NCBI RefSeq assembly: GCF_006345805.1
Contig: NC_043012.1
Span: forward strand, 18,290,001 to 18,354,000
Direction: 5' to 3'
DNA from: Octopus sinensis
Taxonomy: Eukaryota
Length of the DNA: 64,000 nt
Part shown: positions 13,135 through 26,445 of the stretch, piece by piece
Numbering within the stretch: the first letter of the stretch is position 1
Layout: each line of letters opens with the position of its first letter
Notes under the pieces: generated by a model
Told to the model about the DNA's origin: nothing
What the model saw: the letters and a program-made list of their open reading frames with translations, nothing else
The model's database searches: none
Program-made: the position numbers and the translations under genes

Positions 13135-13455
13135 GAATGAAAATCACAGGAATTTATAGGTTTCCTCCAGAGATTGTTGAAGCAAGGAGAGCAAATATGA
13201 TAATGAAAGTGAGAATGAAAAAAATAGCGCAACATCGATGACCGTCCAATTCCATATGGTAGTAGAGTGGATGTGAAGAAAACTGATGAGAGTGAAATGC
13301 ATGAGAACATAGAGATGAAGAGATTGCAAAACACATTTCTGTATACTGCCCCTGTAGTAATTGATGTGCATAGTACAACACCAAAATTAGGGACTATCAT
13401 GTTTCTGAGAATCGGAATTGTTTTACGTATTGTCGACCTCCAGGAAAATGACAAC
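13135..13455 (+). pseudogene. Very degenerate LINE (RTE-like) RT N-terminal fragment
   Basis: Remnants resembling K(S)PG.D..P.E and YRPI.L...K..RI..D..L.E; heavily mutated. Confidence 0.3.
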
Positions 13456-13807
13456 ATGCAAAATCCACAAGAAATGCCGTTGAAATATGTAGGCATATTT
13501 TGCAACCAAATCACGGGAAAAAACTTCAGCTCAATATATATATATATATATATTGGTTTATTTATTGAAATGCAGCCACACCGGTGCTCCGCTTTGAAGG
13601 ATTCATTGAACACATCCACAATACTACTATTTTTATTTTTCTACTGGATTGGTATTTAATTTTCAGTCTCTTTTGCCGAATTGCTAACGGTGAAGTAAAG
13701 AAGTCAATGCTGTTCGTCACATTTTTACTGAGGAACTTATAAAAACGCACTGACACACATTCGCACACATACAGTCACAAAAACACACGCGTGCACACAT
13801 ACATATC

Positions 13808-15248
13808 TATGCTAAGTAAAAGAGGTCGTCAGAATTTTAACTAATATTAGTTTCACACACGATATTAAAATTATATGGATTGTATCACATATCTAGGTAA
13901 TGTGACATTAAGAAGATGTCACTGACCAGCAACACCACCCTCGTTTGAAAACACAAGGATTGCATGTAGGGATGAAAATCACTTACTTTTCGTCAACAGG
14001 GTAACGCTCGCGAATGCATCTTTATGAAAATCATGATGCTCTTTCACTCATTGGTTATAAAAGGCACCCAAATTTTTCAACCTGTCATTCGTTTATCGGA
14101 GTCAGTAAGCATGCCAAGACTGACACGACATCAGTGAGATGAGCCATTGGACATCTACTTACTGGTCAATACCCATGGGTCATTACTAATGAACTGCAGT
14201 ATTCGGACAATAGAGAGGCTGAGGGAACGATACAATGCCACAAACAGCACGGATGATCGTCCACCGAGTGTTACAAATACACGTCAAAATCGCCACCTGC
14301 ACCGACAGCAATTCCAGAGGGAAGGGAATCAGCTAGACAGACCATAGGGACTCAACACTGACCCATTTATGCAGAGACAGTTCGCCTCCGGCTGAGATCT
14401 TTTAATCTGTCCTGTCGACGTCCAGCTAGAAGCCGCGTTCTCACAGATCGTGATAGAACGGCACGTCTTCGGTGGGCTCAAAAACATCTGAAATGGTGAC
14501 ATCAGCAGTGGAGGACTGCAGTCTTCACTGACGAATCACAATATTGCATTTCTGTGGCAGATGGCAGAGCTAGAGTATGGAAAATAAGGGGGAATGCCAT
14601 GCCGATGACTGTGTGGTGGAGAGGGACTCAAGGGGAGCAGAGAGCATCATGATATGGAGGGGGATTGCACTTAATCAGAATCTTGGTCTTCCAAAACATT
14701 GCCCAAGGCTGGGACAATTGAATAACCGCTGCTCGCTACATCGACCAAGTGTTGAGGTCTCGCATTATGTCATACTTTGTCCGTCATCGGAATCACGTGT
14801 TCTAACACGACAATGGCCGTGCACATGCTGCCAGATTGACAACAGACTTCCTCAAGCAGCACAATATGCAGACACAGCCAAGGCCTGCCTTAAGTCTGGA
14901 CTTGAATCCCCTAGGGTTAAATGACATCCGGCCAAGACCAACAGCTGCGGCACAACTCTTCAAGTTTTAAGAGAGTTCACGCTGATATTCTCACGGCTTT
15001 CAGGTATCGTTTGGTGCACTCAATTTACAGAAGATGTCGAGGTGTAATCAACGCTAACGGTGGTCATCACTTTGGATCCAGGACACTTCGTCATCACGTG
15101 ACACCATGTGACGTCACGCATGTTTCAGGAAATGACGTTTTATCATTAATAAAGCTCGTTTTCTTAACTAGCGCTCTTCAATCAATGCCATGGCAGTCTG
15201 TTAATATACCGGTTTCTACTTAGTAATCGTGACGTTTCTTTTGTGATT

Positions 15249-15254
<6 letters not shown>
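13808..15254 (+). mobile_element. Tc1-like (DD34E) DNA transposon, decayed transposase at about 14111-15070
   Basis: RRPARSRVLTDRDRTARLRWAQKHLKW*HQQWRTAVFTDESQY; SIMIWRGI; HDNGRAHAARLTTDFLKQHNMQTQPRPALSLDLNPL (34 residues after the second D); RGVINANGGH. The ends are only weakly inverted, so boundaries are approximate. Confidence 0.85.
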
Positions 15255-15281
<27 letters not shown>

Positions 15282-15284
15282 AGT

Positions 15285-15673
15285 ATTATTTTACTTGTTT
15301 TACTCGTTTGACTGCGGCCATGTTGGAGTACCGACTAATATGTATATGTATATTCTTGTATTCATTTACTCGTTTCAGTTGTTTGACTGCGGCCAAGATG
15401 GAGCAACAACATTAGTCGAACAAATCTATCCCAGGACTTATTCTTTGTAAGAGTAATACTTATTCTATCCGTCTATTTTGTCGAACCGCGAGGTTACAGT
15501 ATTGTAAACACACCACCATCTGTTGTCAAATGTTGGTAGGAGAACAAACACATATACACAAATGCCTAAATATATACATACATTAGACGGGCTTCTTTCA
15601 TTTTCCGTCTACCAAATCCACTCAAGGCTTTGGTCTGCTCGATGTTGTAGTAGGAGATTCTTGGCGAAGAAAC

Positions 15674-15724
<51 letters not shown>

Positions 15725-15850
15725 TGTAGTCGAACAAGTGGACCTCAGGACTTATTCTTTGTAAACCTAGCGCTTATTCTATCGGTTGCCAAGCGATGAA
15801 GTGGTGACAAACACAGACACACAAACCTAGACGCACACACACACGTATAT
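15285..15850 (-). mobile_element. Cluster of CORE-SINE-like (octopus OR/OK-type) SINE fragments
   Basis: Shared motifs tttgactgcggcca.., gtcgaacaa..ccaggacttattctttgtaa and gacgggcttctttca..ccgtctaccaaatccactc. Same family at 48801-48925(+), 58125-58345(-), 61735-62114(-) and 5385-5530(+). Confidence 0.7.
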
Positions 15851-17166
15851 ATATGTATATAGTTTTATGCGTGACTGTGTGATTGCTTGTGACTGTGTGT
15901 GTGTGTGTTTGTATGTGCTTGTATGTGTGTCTTCAGGTCAACATCAACGAAACATACAAGTAATGCTTTGTAAGATGATTATCAAGATTGAAATAGAAAA
16001 CTCGAAAATAGCCACTGACTGAGATATATTTTAGATAAAAATCGCACAAGAACCTAATTATAACAATCATGGACGTGGCAGAAAACATTCGCAAAAAGAA
16101 TCCACTACGTTAATTAACTCAAACATAGTAAATAGGATAATATTAACTGATATTATTCCTATTATTAAAGAAGACTTTGGTACGTATATCTATTTTAATC
16201 CAACAAAATAGTCTTTCCTGTTATAGGCTTATTCTGTTATCGTGCGTATTTTATCGATCCTGAAAATTTTGAAAGGTAAATTTGACCTCAGCGTCATTCG
16301 AACTCAGAACATGAAGACAGAAGAAATGCCGCTAATTTTTTTTCTTTGCCGGGGACGCTAACAATTATGCCAGCGTGTCTTATCAAGAAGATGATTTCAA
16401 ATTTTTAGCAACAGCCGACGATCTTATGGGAGGAACTCGCTGTTACAAAACGTTAGCAACCATTTGGTAAAACTATATATGAAATCTTAAACGCATAAAA
16501 CAATGTAAGCGCATTATATGTGTTATGTTTAATATGGCATATATGTACAACTTGGCCTCAGAATATTACAAAACACTTCAAATAGAGAAATGTGCTGGCC
16601 TGGAATAGAAGTGTTGAATTAATTGGACATCGATGAGTTCATTAGTATTACATGTGAGTAAATGCATAACCTTCTCTTCTCTCTGCCTGGTTGACTCTCT
16701 CTATCTATCTGTCTGGCTCTCTGTCTTTATCTATATGTACACACACACATATACAATTAAATGTTATCCTACTTACGAAGGCTGGGTTAATTAATGTAGA
16801 AGATTCTTTTTTTTTGCAGATGTTATCTGTCTCGTTCGTGATTGTTATAATTAGCTTCTTGTGTGATTATTATCTATCCTATATATCTCAGTCACTGGCT
16901 ACCTTCCTAGCTATTATTTCGATATTAAGAATTATCCATCAAAGCATTTCTTTCGGTCTTCTCAGTGTTGTCGGGAATACACACACACACACACACATGC
17001 ACACACACACACATATGTATGCACATATGTATGTACGTACATACAGGCATGTATGCATACATACATGAACACATAATACATACATATATGTTGAATGTAT
17101 TTAATACGTACGTTTCAAATAGTTACGAATTGCAAAATCGAATATTTCATCTTCCTTAAGACATAT

Positions 17167-17235
<69 letters not shown>

Positions 17236-17334
17236 ATATTTCTTAATTGAGCAGAATTTTGCATATTACATGAAATTCCCTTTTTCATTTTAGCGCAATT
17301 ATCTGGAAGCTACATATTGACTACATTCAAAATA

Positions 17335-18559
17335 TTGGGTTGGCAACTAAGTTCCCTCCGATTATTTTTTTGTATTTAAAATGTTTAAATGATTTAATAA
17401 AAAGGAAACAACTAATTAATCAATAATGTATTCACCCTTGTTTACAACTTCTTTCCAAGTTTCAAAAAGATTCTCAATATCTCGTTGATAGAAATTCCTC
17501 GATTTCGACTAGAAAAATTGGATCCAATCAGTATTGAACGAAACTCCGCGCATAGCATTTGAAAGAGATCGAAAGAGCGGAAATCCGTTGGTGCCAAATT
17601 AGGAGAGCTCAGCGGGTGTCGCAGCACTTTCCAGTCATGAGTTTGAATGACATCCTTGGTCTGGTCGTATTGGCGATATGAGGTCGGGCGTTGTCGCGCA
17701 GCAGAAGAACTCCATGCCCGCCCATTAGGTCTTTTCTTTTGAATAGCCGTGTTGAGTCGTTGCATCTGTTGAACATAGAGTCTCGCGTTGAAAGTTTGGT
17801 TCCGTTCAAGTAATTCGTAATGGATAATCCCTTCCTAGTCCCAACTTACGCACAATATCGTTTTACGCGGATAAAGATCTTGTATCACGCGGGGTATCGC
17901 TTGTTTGCCGGGGTTAATCCATTCCTTACACTGCTTCATATTGATGTACAGGCACCGTTTTTCGTCGCCAGTAACAATTCGTTAAGAAATCGTTGCTTGT
18001 GTCCATGAGTTGAGCGGTGACGAGTAAGCAAACCAGCGGAGATTATGATTTGTTGATGTCACTTAAAGTATGCGGAACCCATGCTCCATACTTCTGAACC
18101 ATCGAAAGAGGATGCTTCTCTATAGTAGTGTGGTAGCATTCCATTTTTCTGCCAGTTCCCTTGTTGTTTGAGGAGAATTTTCGTGCAAAAGTTGGTTTAA
18201 TCGCTCTTCATTGAACTTAACTGGACGGCCAGAACGAGGTGCGCGTTTCAGGTCAAAATTTCCATTTTTAAACTTGGCATACCAATCACGAGCGGTTCTT
18301 TGAGCTATGGCACACTCTCCATACACTGAAGAAATATCGCGAGCAGCTTCTGCGGCATTAGAACCTTGATTAAAAGGTAAAAGACAGATGTGTCGAAAAT
18401 GCTGTTTTTTCTTAACTTGACATTCCATTTTAATGATCTGAAAATAAACAAAAGATTAACTAAAATTAACTAGAAAAGAAAAAGAAAATAGATTCCAAAA
18501 TTTAAAAACAATAAATTCCAAACTTTAAAAAAACGGCGGGAAATTAGTTCCCAACCAAA
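17335..18559 (-). mobile_element. Full-length decayed mariner (DD34D) transposon with TIRs and TA target duplication
   Basis: TIR ttgggttggcaactaagttccctccg vs reverse complement of the right end tttggttgggaactaatttcccgccg; TA at 17333-17334 and 18560-18561. Transposase pieces: MECQVKKKQHFRH..ARDWYAKFKNGNFDLKRAPRSGRP (18120-18428), LLLRDNARPH, HPLSSPNLAPTDF. Confidence 0.95.
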
Positions 18560-18647
18560 TATTGTTTCGACTTCTTTTTATACATTTATACACACATACT
18601 AATATGTGTATCTGTTTGTATGTATATGTTCATGCATGTATGCAAGC

Positions 18648-18680
<33 letters not shown>

Positions 18681-21600
18681 TGTATGTATGTATGTATGTT
18701 TCTGTGTGTGTGCGTGTGCTTAAATGTATGTATGCAAAGGCACATATACTACGATGACACGATCATAGAAGCGTGGATTATATTTCTGGGACGTGTGTCA
18801 TGTTGAGTCCTACAGTAATACCTTTCTTTTTGCATTGCTTTCCCCTTGATCTGACCTCCTCGATAATGCGCTAAATCAATGAGGGGTGTGGTTGAATTGG
18901 TGTGTACATCTACTAATAAATATTTAAGCGCCTGAAACTGCGACAGATTGCATGGTACTTCCATGGTACTTTGTGAGTTACGATTATTCATATGTATGCA
19001 CCCATGCATATAGATATACACATGAGAAAGAGAGAGAGCGAGAGAGAGTGTGTGTGTGTGTGCGTGAGACAGAAAAGACAAACAAGTCGACACGTGACGA
19101 GAAAACAAATTGTTGTGATACTCTATCTAATTTGTAACAAATGCTATAGTGTCCTATCTCATATCACCAATACAAAGTTTCTATGCAGAACACCAAGAGA
19201 CTTGACAAGCTCCGACATAGCGTTGAACTTGACACGTTTCAGATTTATTTCCCAATGCATGATATCGTTTGATGTTTTATCAATTAGTATTTCGTTCATG
19301 GCTTCCTTGATTTTTTATAATTCAAGACAAAATAGCATGAGACCATTTCCGATCTTCGGATACAGTTTTACTCAAGCACTTGTAACCAATATGTCCAACC
19401 TTTATAAATAATGATTAGGGTATATTTGGAATGGGATTTTGATATTAATAGAAGACAAACCGACATTGTGAAGGCCTCAATTATTGACTAGCGTATAATT
19501 AAATGCAGTCAAATGTTGAATTTCATGATTTTTCATGTCATCTAATTGCAACTTCGTATCTCAAGTTTGATTTACAATACTCAATTGGTGTAAGATAATT
19601 CTTATTTCGTAAGTTTAATTTATAGTTCTCAAATGTTATAGCAAGTAAAGTGATTTTTGGCCTGAAATATATCCAGTAGTGGATGTGATGTACTGGGAAA
19701 AGATGTTAAATGTTACGTTTTCAATGTACTTAATTCAAATAAATAAAATAAATAAAACCTTAGTAGTAAGGGGAACGTTGCTAGGAAATCAAAATGAATG
19801 CTAAAATGTGATTCCCTTTTTAGTGCTTGATGACATATTCAAGGGTGTAATTAAGTTTCACAGGTATAAAATTAATGTCGCTAATACAGACCAGTGAGAT
19901 CAATGCTATACGTCGGATACTATTTATAATCTGAAATAAAACATGCATAAAAAAGATATTGCAATGTTTAGTGTCCTAAAACGTTAATAATCTTTCGTCA
20001 TTGAATCCAGTGTACAAGCTTCTGATGTAATTTCTTAGCTCGGGTTTGCTATACGGTAAAAACAACCTGACTTGTGAGCAAACCATGCTAGATTTTTGAA
20101 AATCACAATATCCCAGTTTCACACCTCCGAATAAAGAACGAAACATCTGTAGCTTCGAAAATATTTAATGTTACATAAGTGAACAGATGAACAAATAAAC
20201 TTCTGTATCAAAAAGTGCTTATCACAAAAATTTCATTTCACCTTTCACAAAATTGCAAGAAAACTATTTTGCTGCTACTACGGCCAATGGTGCAGATCAC
20301 GTCTTGTTTGAATTTTTATCTTCAATAGACTAAAAATTCTATTATTGTGATGTAATTTTCTGACCTTTTAAATGCAAACACACGTTAATAAATGTCAAGT
20401 TTTTCTACATTTTTCTTTTTCTTATATTGAAATGCGTCTCGAGAAACTGTATTTCAGTATACCAAAGCGATTTCGTTCGTCTGTATCTAAAGGCGTGAGA
20501 ATAATATGATCATGATTCATGCTTGAAGTCATGATTTGAGTCTGCGAACTATTATCGATGTGATCACTTAATATTATAGAAACAGTTGTTAAATACCCTA
20601 CACAATATACACTGTTTTAATAGCTGCAGAAAAAAAAATACTAATTTTCATGATTAATACGCTTTCATGGTTTCAGCTGGTCGACAGTCCCAAAATAGAC
20701 CCTGGTCTCAGAATTGTATTATATCCTTTGCATTGCGATCTACTGGCACGGGAAATGCTTTGAAATGTATACATCAATAATTAATTGATTTGCCCTTATT
20801 TAGTCTTGGTATGGAATTCCTATAAAACTCTCCAGTTCTTTATACCATATACGTTTATGTATGTATGTATGTATGCATGCATGTATGTATGTATGTATGT
20901 ATGTATGTATGTATGTATGTATGTATGTATGTATGTATGTATGTATGTATGTATGCATGTATGTATGTATGTATGACTGGATGGATGTGAGATAACTCCA
21001 CTTGTCTCTACACAAAACATTGTTTATTATCATCCAATCCGTGGACACTATTTGATCATGTGATCGATGTATGTGTCTTTGCATATAGATAAGTATGTAT
21101 GCATGCATGTATCTATGTGTGTATGTATGTAGGTAGGTTAGGTATTGTATGTGACAGGTGAGCGATACTGCTAAGAGCTAATCTAGATCAGCCTACTGCA
21201 TAATCGTGAGGAAGGCGAGTGGATAGTCTGCAGGACAAATATCAGAACCTGTTGAAGTGTGGATGAACCTACTAAAGCTAATGGCCATCCAATAGTGTGT
21301 ACACATCCATGTATGAGTATTTACTCACAAAATACACACACACGCGCATGCACACGCACACAGGCTCACACACAAACACTCACACACTCACCCATGCACA
21401 TGCATATTAATTATTGGCAACGGAAGCATTATTAATGCCAAAGGTTAACCTTTATATCCAACATAATATGAAGGCGTTGGTAGAGCACCAAATTCTGCGT
21501 TATTAGCCTTCAGAGAGCTTCTCATATGAGTACCTGGTGTATAAAAGCAAACACATAGATCGTAGCAAACGAAATTTGCTATGGGCACCGGAATTCCTGT

Positions 21601-22517
21601 ATCCCGTGATTTCGATCTACTGGAACTCATCAATGTAAAGCAATGTACGGGAGGATTTTTCAAGCCTGATAAGACAGTATTCGATCATCTAACAAGGCAC
21701 TTTGCCCCGGGACATAGAAATAATCGGTTTGGTTCCCGAGATTGCGGTCATCCAGCTTGGGAGTGACGAAACCCCGATTGGTTTAGAGACATCCCTCTAG
21801 ATGAACGAAAATAAGCATATAGAATTCGTTTCTGCTTAGAACTGCTTGCTCTTGCTAGTCTCTGGAATTTCTTGGCGTTGATTGTATGTGTCATTGCGGT
21901 GTGGCACAAGATGTACTTGACTATAGTATACCAATGGCATTACTGACAATCTAACATCTCTCTTTATTTCTTTAAATTAAAACGGCGATGGAAAAGTGGC
22001 CAGCTGGACAGGTCTGAGGGACGAAAAGAACGTCAGTACTTACCTGCACATTGGCTGATATAAATTTGTTTCTTCATCAACTTGTTGCTTCAAAGATGAC
22101 TGATCGGAAAGTTTCCGGGGTAGCACTGCTAACCATATATCTAGAGGTGATTTAGAAAATTTGACCGGAAAATTGCATGTCTTACCTTTAAGCTTAGCTA
22201 GGTTTGCACGCTTGGCGAACGTCTCCCAACGCGCTCGAAATCACATGCGGATTAACAAGTGGAAACCAACGCTACATCTCGATGGAATCTTAGAAATATA
22301 ATTAACATTGAGCGAAGCATCCCCCGAGCGACATCCTACACTGGTACAGTTTATTCCAAATGAAATACAAAGATTATGTAAGGTAACATCAGAATCGTTT
22401 TTAATGGAGTGGAGTAATGAGGACAATTAAAAAAAAAAGAAACTTCGTCTATTAAGAATTGCTTCTTTTCTGAATTGAAAGAAACATTATTTTATTATAA
22501 TATTATTTATCATAAAA

Positions 22518-23110
22518 GTCGGCGAGCTGGAAGAATCTGTTGAAATGCTTAGCTGCATTTTGTCTGCCGCTACGTTCTGATTTCAAATTCCGCCGAGGCT
22601 GACTTTGCCTTTCATCCTTTCGGGGTCAACTAAATAAGTACCAGCTACGCGCTGGGGTCGATATAATCGACTTAATCCGTTTGGCTGTCCTTATTTGTCT
22701 TCTCTGTGTTTAGTAAAGAAATAGGTATTTCATCTCCCGTTACGTTCTGAGTCCAAATTCCGCCGAGGTCCACTTGCCTTTCATTCTTTCAGGGTAGATT
22801 ACATAAGTATCAGTTACGCACTTTGTCGAGCCATGATTATCTCCCTCTATGTTTAGCACCTTGTGGGAAATAAAGAAAAAAATATTATTTATCACCATAA
22901 TGCGACGAGCAGGAAGTATCGTTAGCACGCTGGGCAAAATATTTACTGCATTTCGTCTCTCTTTACGTTCTGAGTTCAAGTTACACTGAGATCGACCTTA
23001 AGTCTCCTTTTATGGTCGATATATTGCATACTAGCTGACAACTGTGGTCAACATAATTGCTGCCCTCTCCCACGAAATTACTGCCCTTGTGGCGAAATTT
23101 CAAACCAGTA
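22518..23110 (+). mobile_element. Tandem array of three MetaSINE-like SINE units
   Basis: Unit 1 spans 22518-22723 (tail B ...tagtaaagaaata). Unit 2 spans 22724-22880, starts internally at ggtatttc and ends in tail B (ttgtgggaaataaagaaa). Unit 3 spans about 22901-23110 and is an older copy with tail A. Confidence 0.85.
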
Positions 23111-23181
23111 TTATTTCTCATACGAAACAAATGTGATAAATAAATTTTGTATGCTGCAATTTAAACATCTAAAAACCTCTA

Positions 23182-23485
23182 GAGGTGAAGGCGCAAGGCT
23201 TAGGACATTCAACTGACGATCGTAAAGTAGTGAGATCGATTCCCGTGTGTGCGATAACACCCTTTAGCCAGATATTTTATTTTACATTGCTTCAGTGCAA
23301 TCAGCTGGTAAAAATTTGTTATATTTGTAATTCAAAGGAGCCAGCCATTTTACATTGTCTCTCACTGAAGCTCCCTGTTAACTACCGCGTCGGTTGCTCA
23401 GTCACTTGCGCGTTATTTTCACGGGCTGTTCCGTTGTTCGGATCAACTAGAACGGTCATCATCGTAACCGACGGAGTACCAGTTT
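23182..23485 (+). mobile_element. Degenerate tRNA-derived SINE (different family)
   Basis: Box A-like start (ggcgcaaggcttagg) and box B-like gagatcgattccc, about 300 bp long. Confidence 0.45.
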
Positions 23486-24261
23486 ATAGTAGCCTACCCA
23501 ATATATTTCAAGACGTAATCTGAATTCGTTGTTTTAAACCAGTGTTTGAAGTGTGCGTAAAATCTCGTTAGGTCAGTGTATTGCCTCTGGATATCATAGC
23601 GAAAGAAATCCAATTAATCCTGTTAAGCGGTTGACGCAGTTTGATATTGAAGTATATTCAATATATCACTGGTATTGCAAATTCCTTGCGTATCATTCAA
23701 ACAGCATTTCATTTAACAGCATTGTTCTACATTCTTGAAATAAATACCTTAGCGGAATATAACTTTTAACTGTTCATCGCTGTCGCATTGGTACTAATTA
23801 GAAATAACTCATTTTGAAATAGCTAGATTAATCGAGATGATATAAAGGTGGTGATGTCGATATCTAGAAAAAGAAAATGCGATGCAGTGTTTAAGTAGAG
23901 CCTCTCTTTGAGAGATTTAGAAATAATATTTCTATTTCTTGAACAATAGCTGTGTGTCACTTTGAAAACTATATGTTCGAACGATGAATTCAGCAACGCC
24001 ATCTGGTCAAAACAGCTACCATGTGTTGATAAAGGGCAATAACCGAGAAACTCCGCCACAGATGTTTTGTGCTAGATGGAGTGCTGGGCTACATGTTCGA
24101 AAACGTAAGGATACAGATAGTGTGCCGTGTAGCTAGAAATGATATTTCTTGGGGCTAAAACAAGAGTTAGATCGTCTGTTTCGGGACAGTCACATCATGT
24201 TGGCAAATAGCCATTACTCGCTCTTTCCCCCTCCCTCCTCCCTATCTCTCTCTCTCTCGGA

Positions 24262-24299
<38 letters not shown>

Positions 24300-26189
24300 A
24301 CGTATATAGCATATCACTTGCCTTAATTGTTTTGACCTGACAATCGGACTCTTATGCGACTGGTCACAGTCTGCCTACAATTCTTTCATTATTTCGCCTT
24401 TTTGCATCGTCACCAAAATCGTTTTTCTATCCACATTATCTTTACATACATATGTGTGTGTTTGTGATGTGTCTATATATAGTTACAAATATGTATATGT
24501 GTGTGTGTACGTATGTCTATGCCTATGCAAATATTTCGAATCAAGACGTAGTCTAAATATCTCTCTTCGCATAAGCCTACACCTTATCAGGCATTGTACA
24601 TTTTGTTTCCACTTATTCAAAATGACATATGAGGTCATATCTAATAATTAACGCAAAGAAAAAAAACCGTACTGTAGCCGAGGATAAAACCTTAGTCTTT
24701 AATACATAAGGTGTCTGTGGAAGATATATTTCAATGTCTGTTACTCAAATAAGTTTCTTCATTTGACCATTAGAAATTTCCGGGGAAGTATATACCATGT
24801 ATATATTATGTAAACATATACCATGTATTTATTATATTATGTAAATATATACCATGTATATATTTTTTCGGGGAAGGTATATACCATGCTCATCTATGCT
24901 CATTGCTTCACTACTTAAGTCGCGCAAAACAAAAGTACACTTATTAAATTATGAGAAATGCACACCTCAAATAGAAATGCTCACTATTTTCAAGGTATGC
25001 TGTAGTTTTCCAATTTCCTTAAAGCTGTTACATTTTGGGCATGCAGGATATAATGTTGCCACATGTTCTGACCAAATTGAATTAATTTCCATTAATTTGC
25101 GCATTATTCATTCAAACCTCGAGCATTTCTGGCGTCAGGATATGATTAACAAATGGATAACTCGACTTTGACACTCAGATTAAATTTCTGCATGTACTCA
25201 TTACTATTAATCAAGGCTATATTAGTCTTCTTCACCAATCATTCAATTTTATGTTATATCATTTTACATTCCCTAAAGTCTTTGCGTACGATTTTTTCCA
25301 TGATTCTTTATAGAAACATATACACGCAGTCAGACAGACGTTTCTGCTTTCAAATGATAGCATCTTACTTCGACTTCGACCTACTTTATGCCGTGTGAAT
25401 GCCGATATCTTCCAACCAGGGTGCTCTAAGATTTTAAAACTTTTGTAAATAAACTTATAATAATGACCAAATTTAAAACACCTTGTAATTGTTTTTTATG
25501 ATGTACAAAGATTTTATATATTTTTTAAAATACCACTGAATAGATTTATTTGCCATTTCTCCTCAGGTTAAGATGTAGAATGTAATGAGGCGACTTTTCC
25601 TTTCCTGTAAATTTAGAGTGTTTCCCGTATTAGCTAGGGCCCCAGTGCAGGAAGTGTTCCACCATAACAAGTTTCAATAAAATAGATATGCATATATTTT
25701 CGACGATACTGACATTATTTATACTGTATTACGTTTCCATTACGTTTTTTTCGCTTTATCTCGCGAAATCTCGTAAATGTTCTCCAAAACTTTATAGTCT
25801 TATAATCTTCCGTGTGCTGTTCCTTATTGAAGCTTATATAAAATATCTCCAACAATACATAGAACTAATGATGAACTGACTAATTGTGAGTACGACATAA
25901 AAGACATGACGCTATAAAATCACGTAATAATGAGGCTTAATTAATACATTATGCATTAAAGGTTATCTCTATAGAAATTAGAGCCAGTACTGACTTTTGC
26001 TACTGTGTTTCGTATACGAGACGTGAGATGTAAACAAACAATGATATGGTACATGAAGAACAGGTAATGGACATATATGCCATTTTTCGAGGTGCTTTGT
26101 CTCTTCATCAGCACCAAGTTCCATCGTTTATCGGTTCTGGGATGATATGACTTCCACGTTTGACCTCTCCAGAGCGACAGCTTTTGAAG

Positions 26190-26445
26190 TTGAAATCCCA
26201 ACTGAGATGGAATGAAATGAAAAGGGCAACGGTAGGTCGGACATCAGCATCAGGATTTTCATAAAGAAGAACTTGTGAGTAATATGTTGCTGTGGACACC
26301 CACAACAGATGGAAGACCACGGAAGACATATATACAACTGCTTGCAGAAGATGTTGAATGCCAAGTTGAAGACGAATAGAAGACCGTGAGGGATGGAGAG
26401 AGGTAGTCAGGCTGGCCTGAGCAATTAGCGTGACTGGATGATTCC
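26190..26445 (+). pseudogene. RTE-clade LINE 3' end
   Basis: KEELVSNMLLWTPTTDGRPRKTYIQLLAEDVECQVEDE..DREGWREVVRLA contains the GRP..T..D and DR..WR C-terminal motifs of RTE ORFs. Confidence 0.7.

Noticed and set aside
24778-24890. Short repeats of tataccatg bounded by ggggaag
   Set aside because: Small local slippage minisatellite with no further structure.
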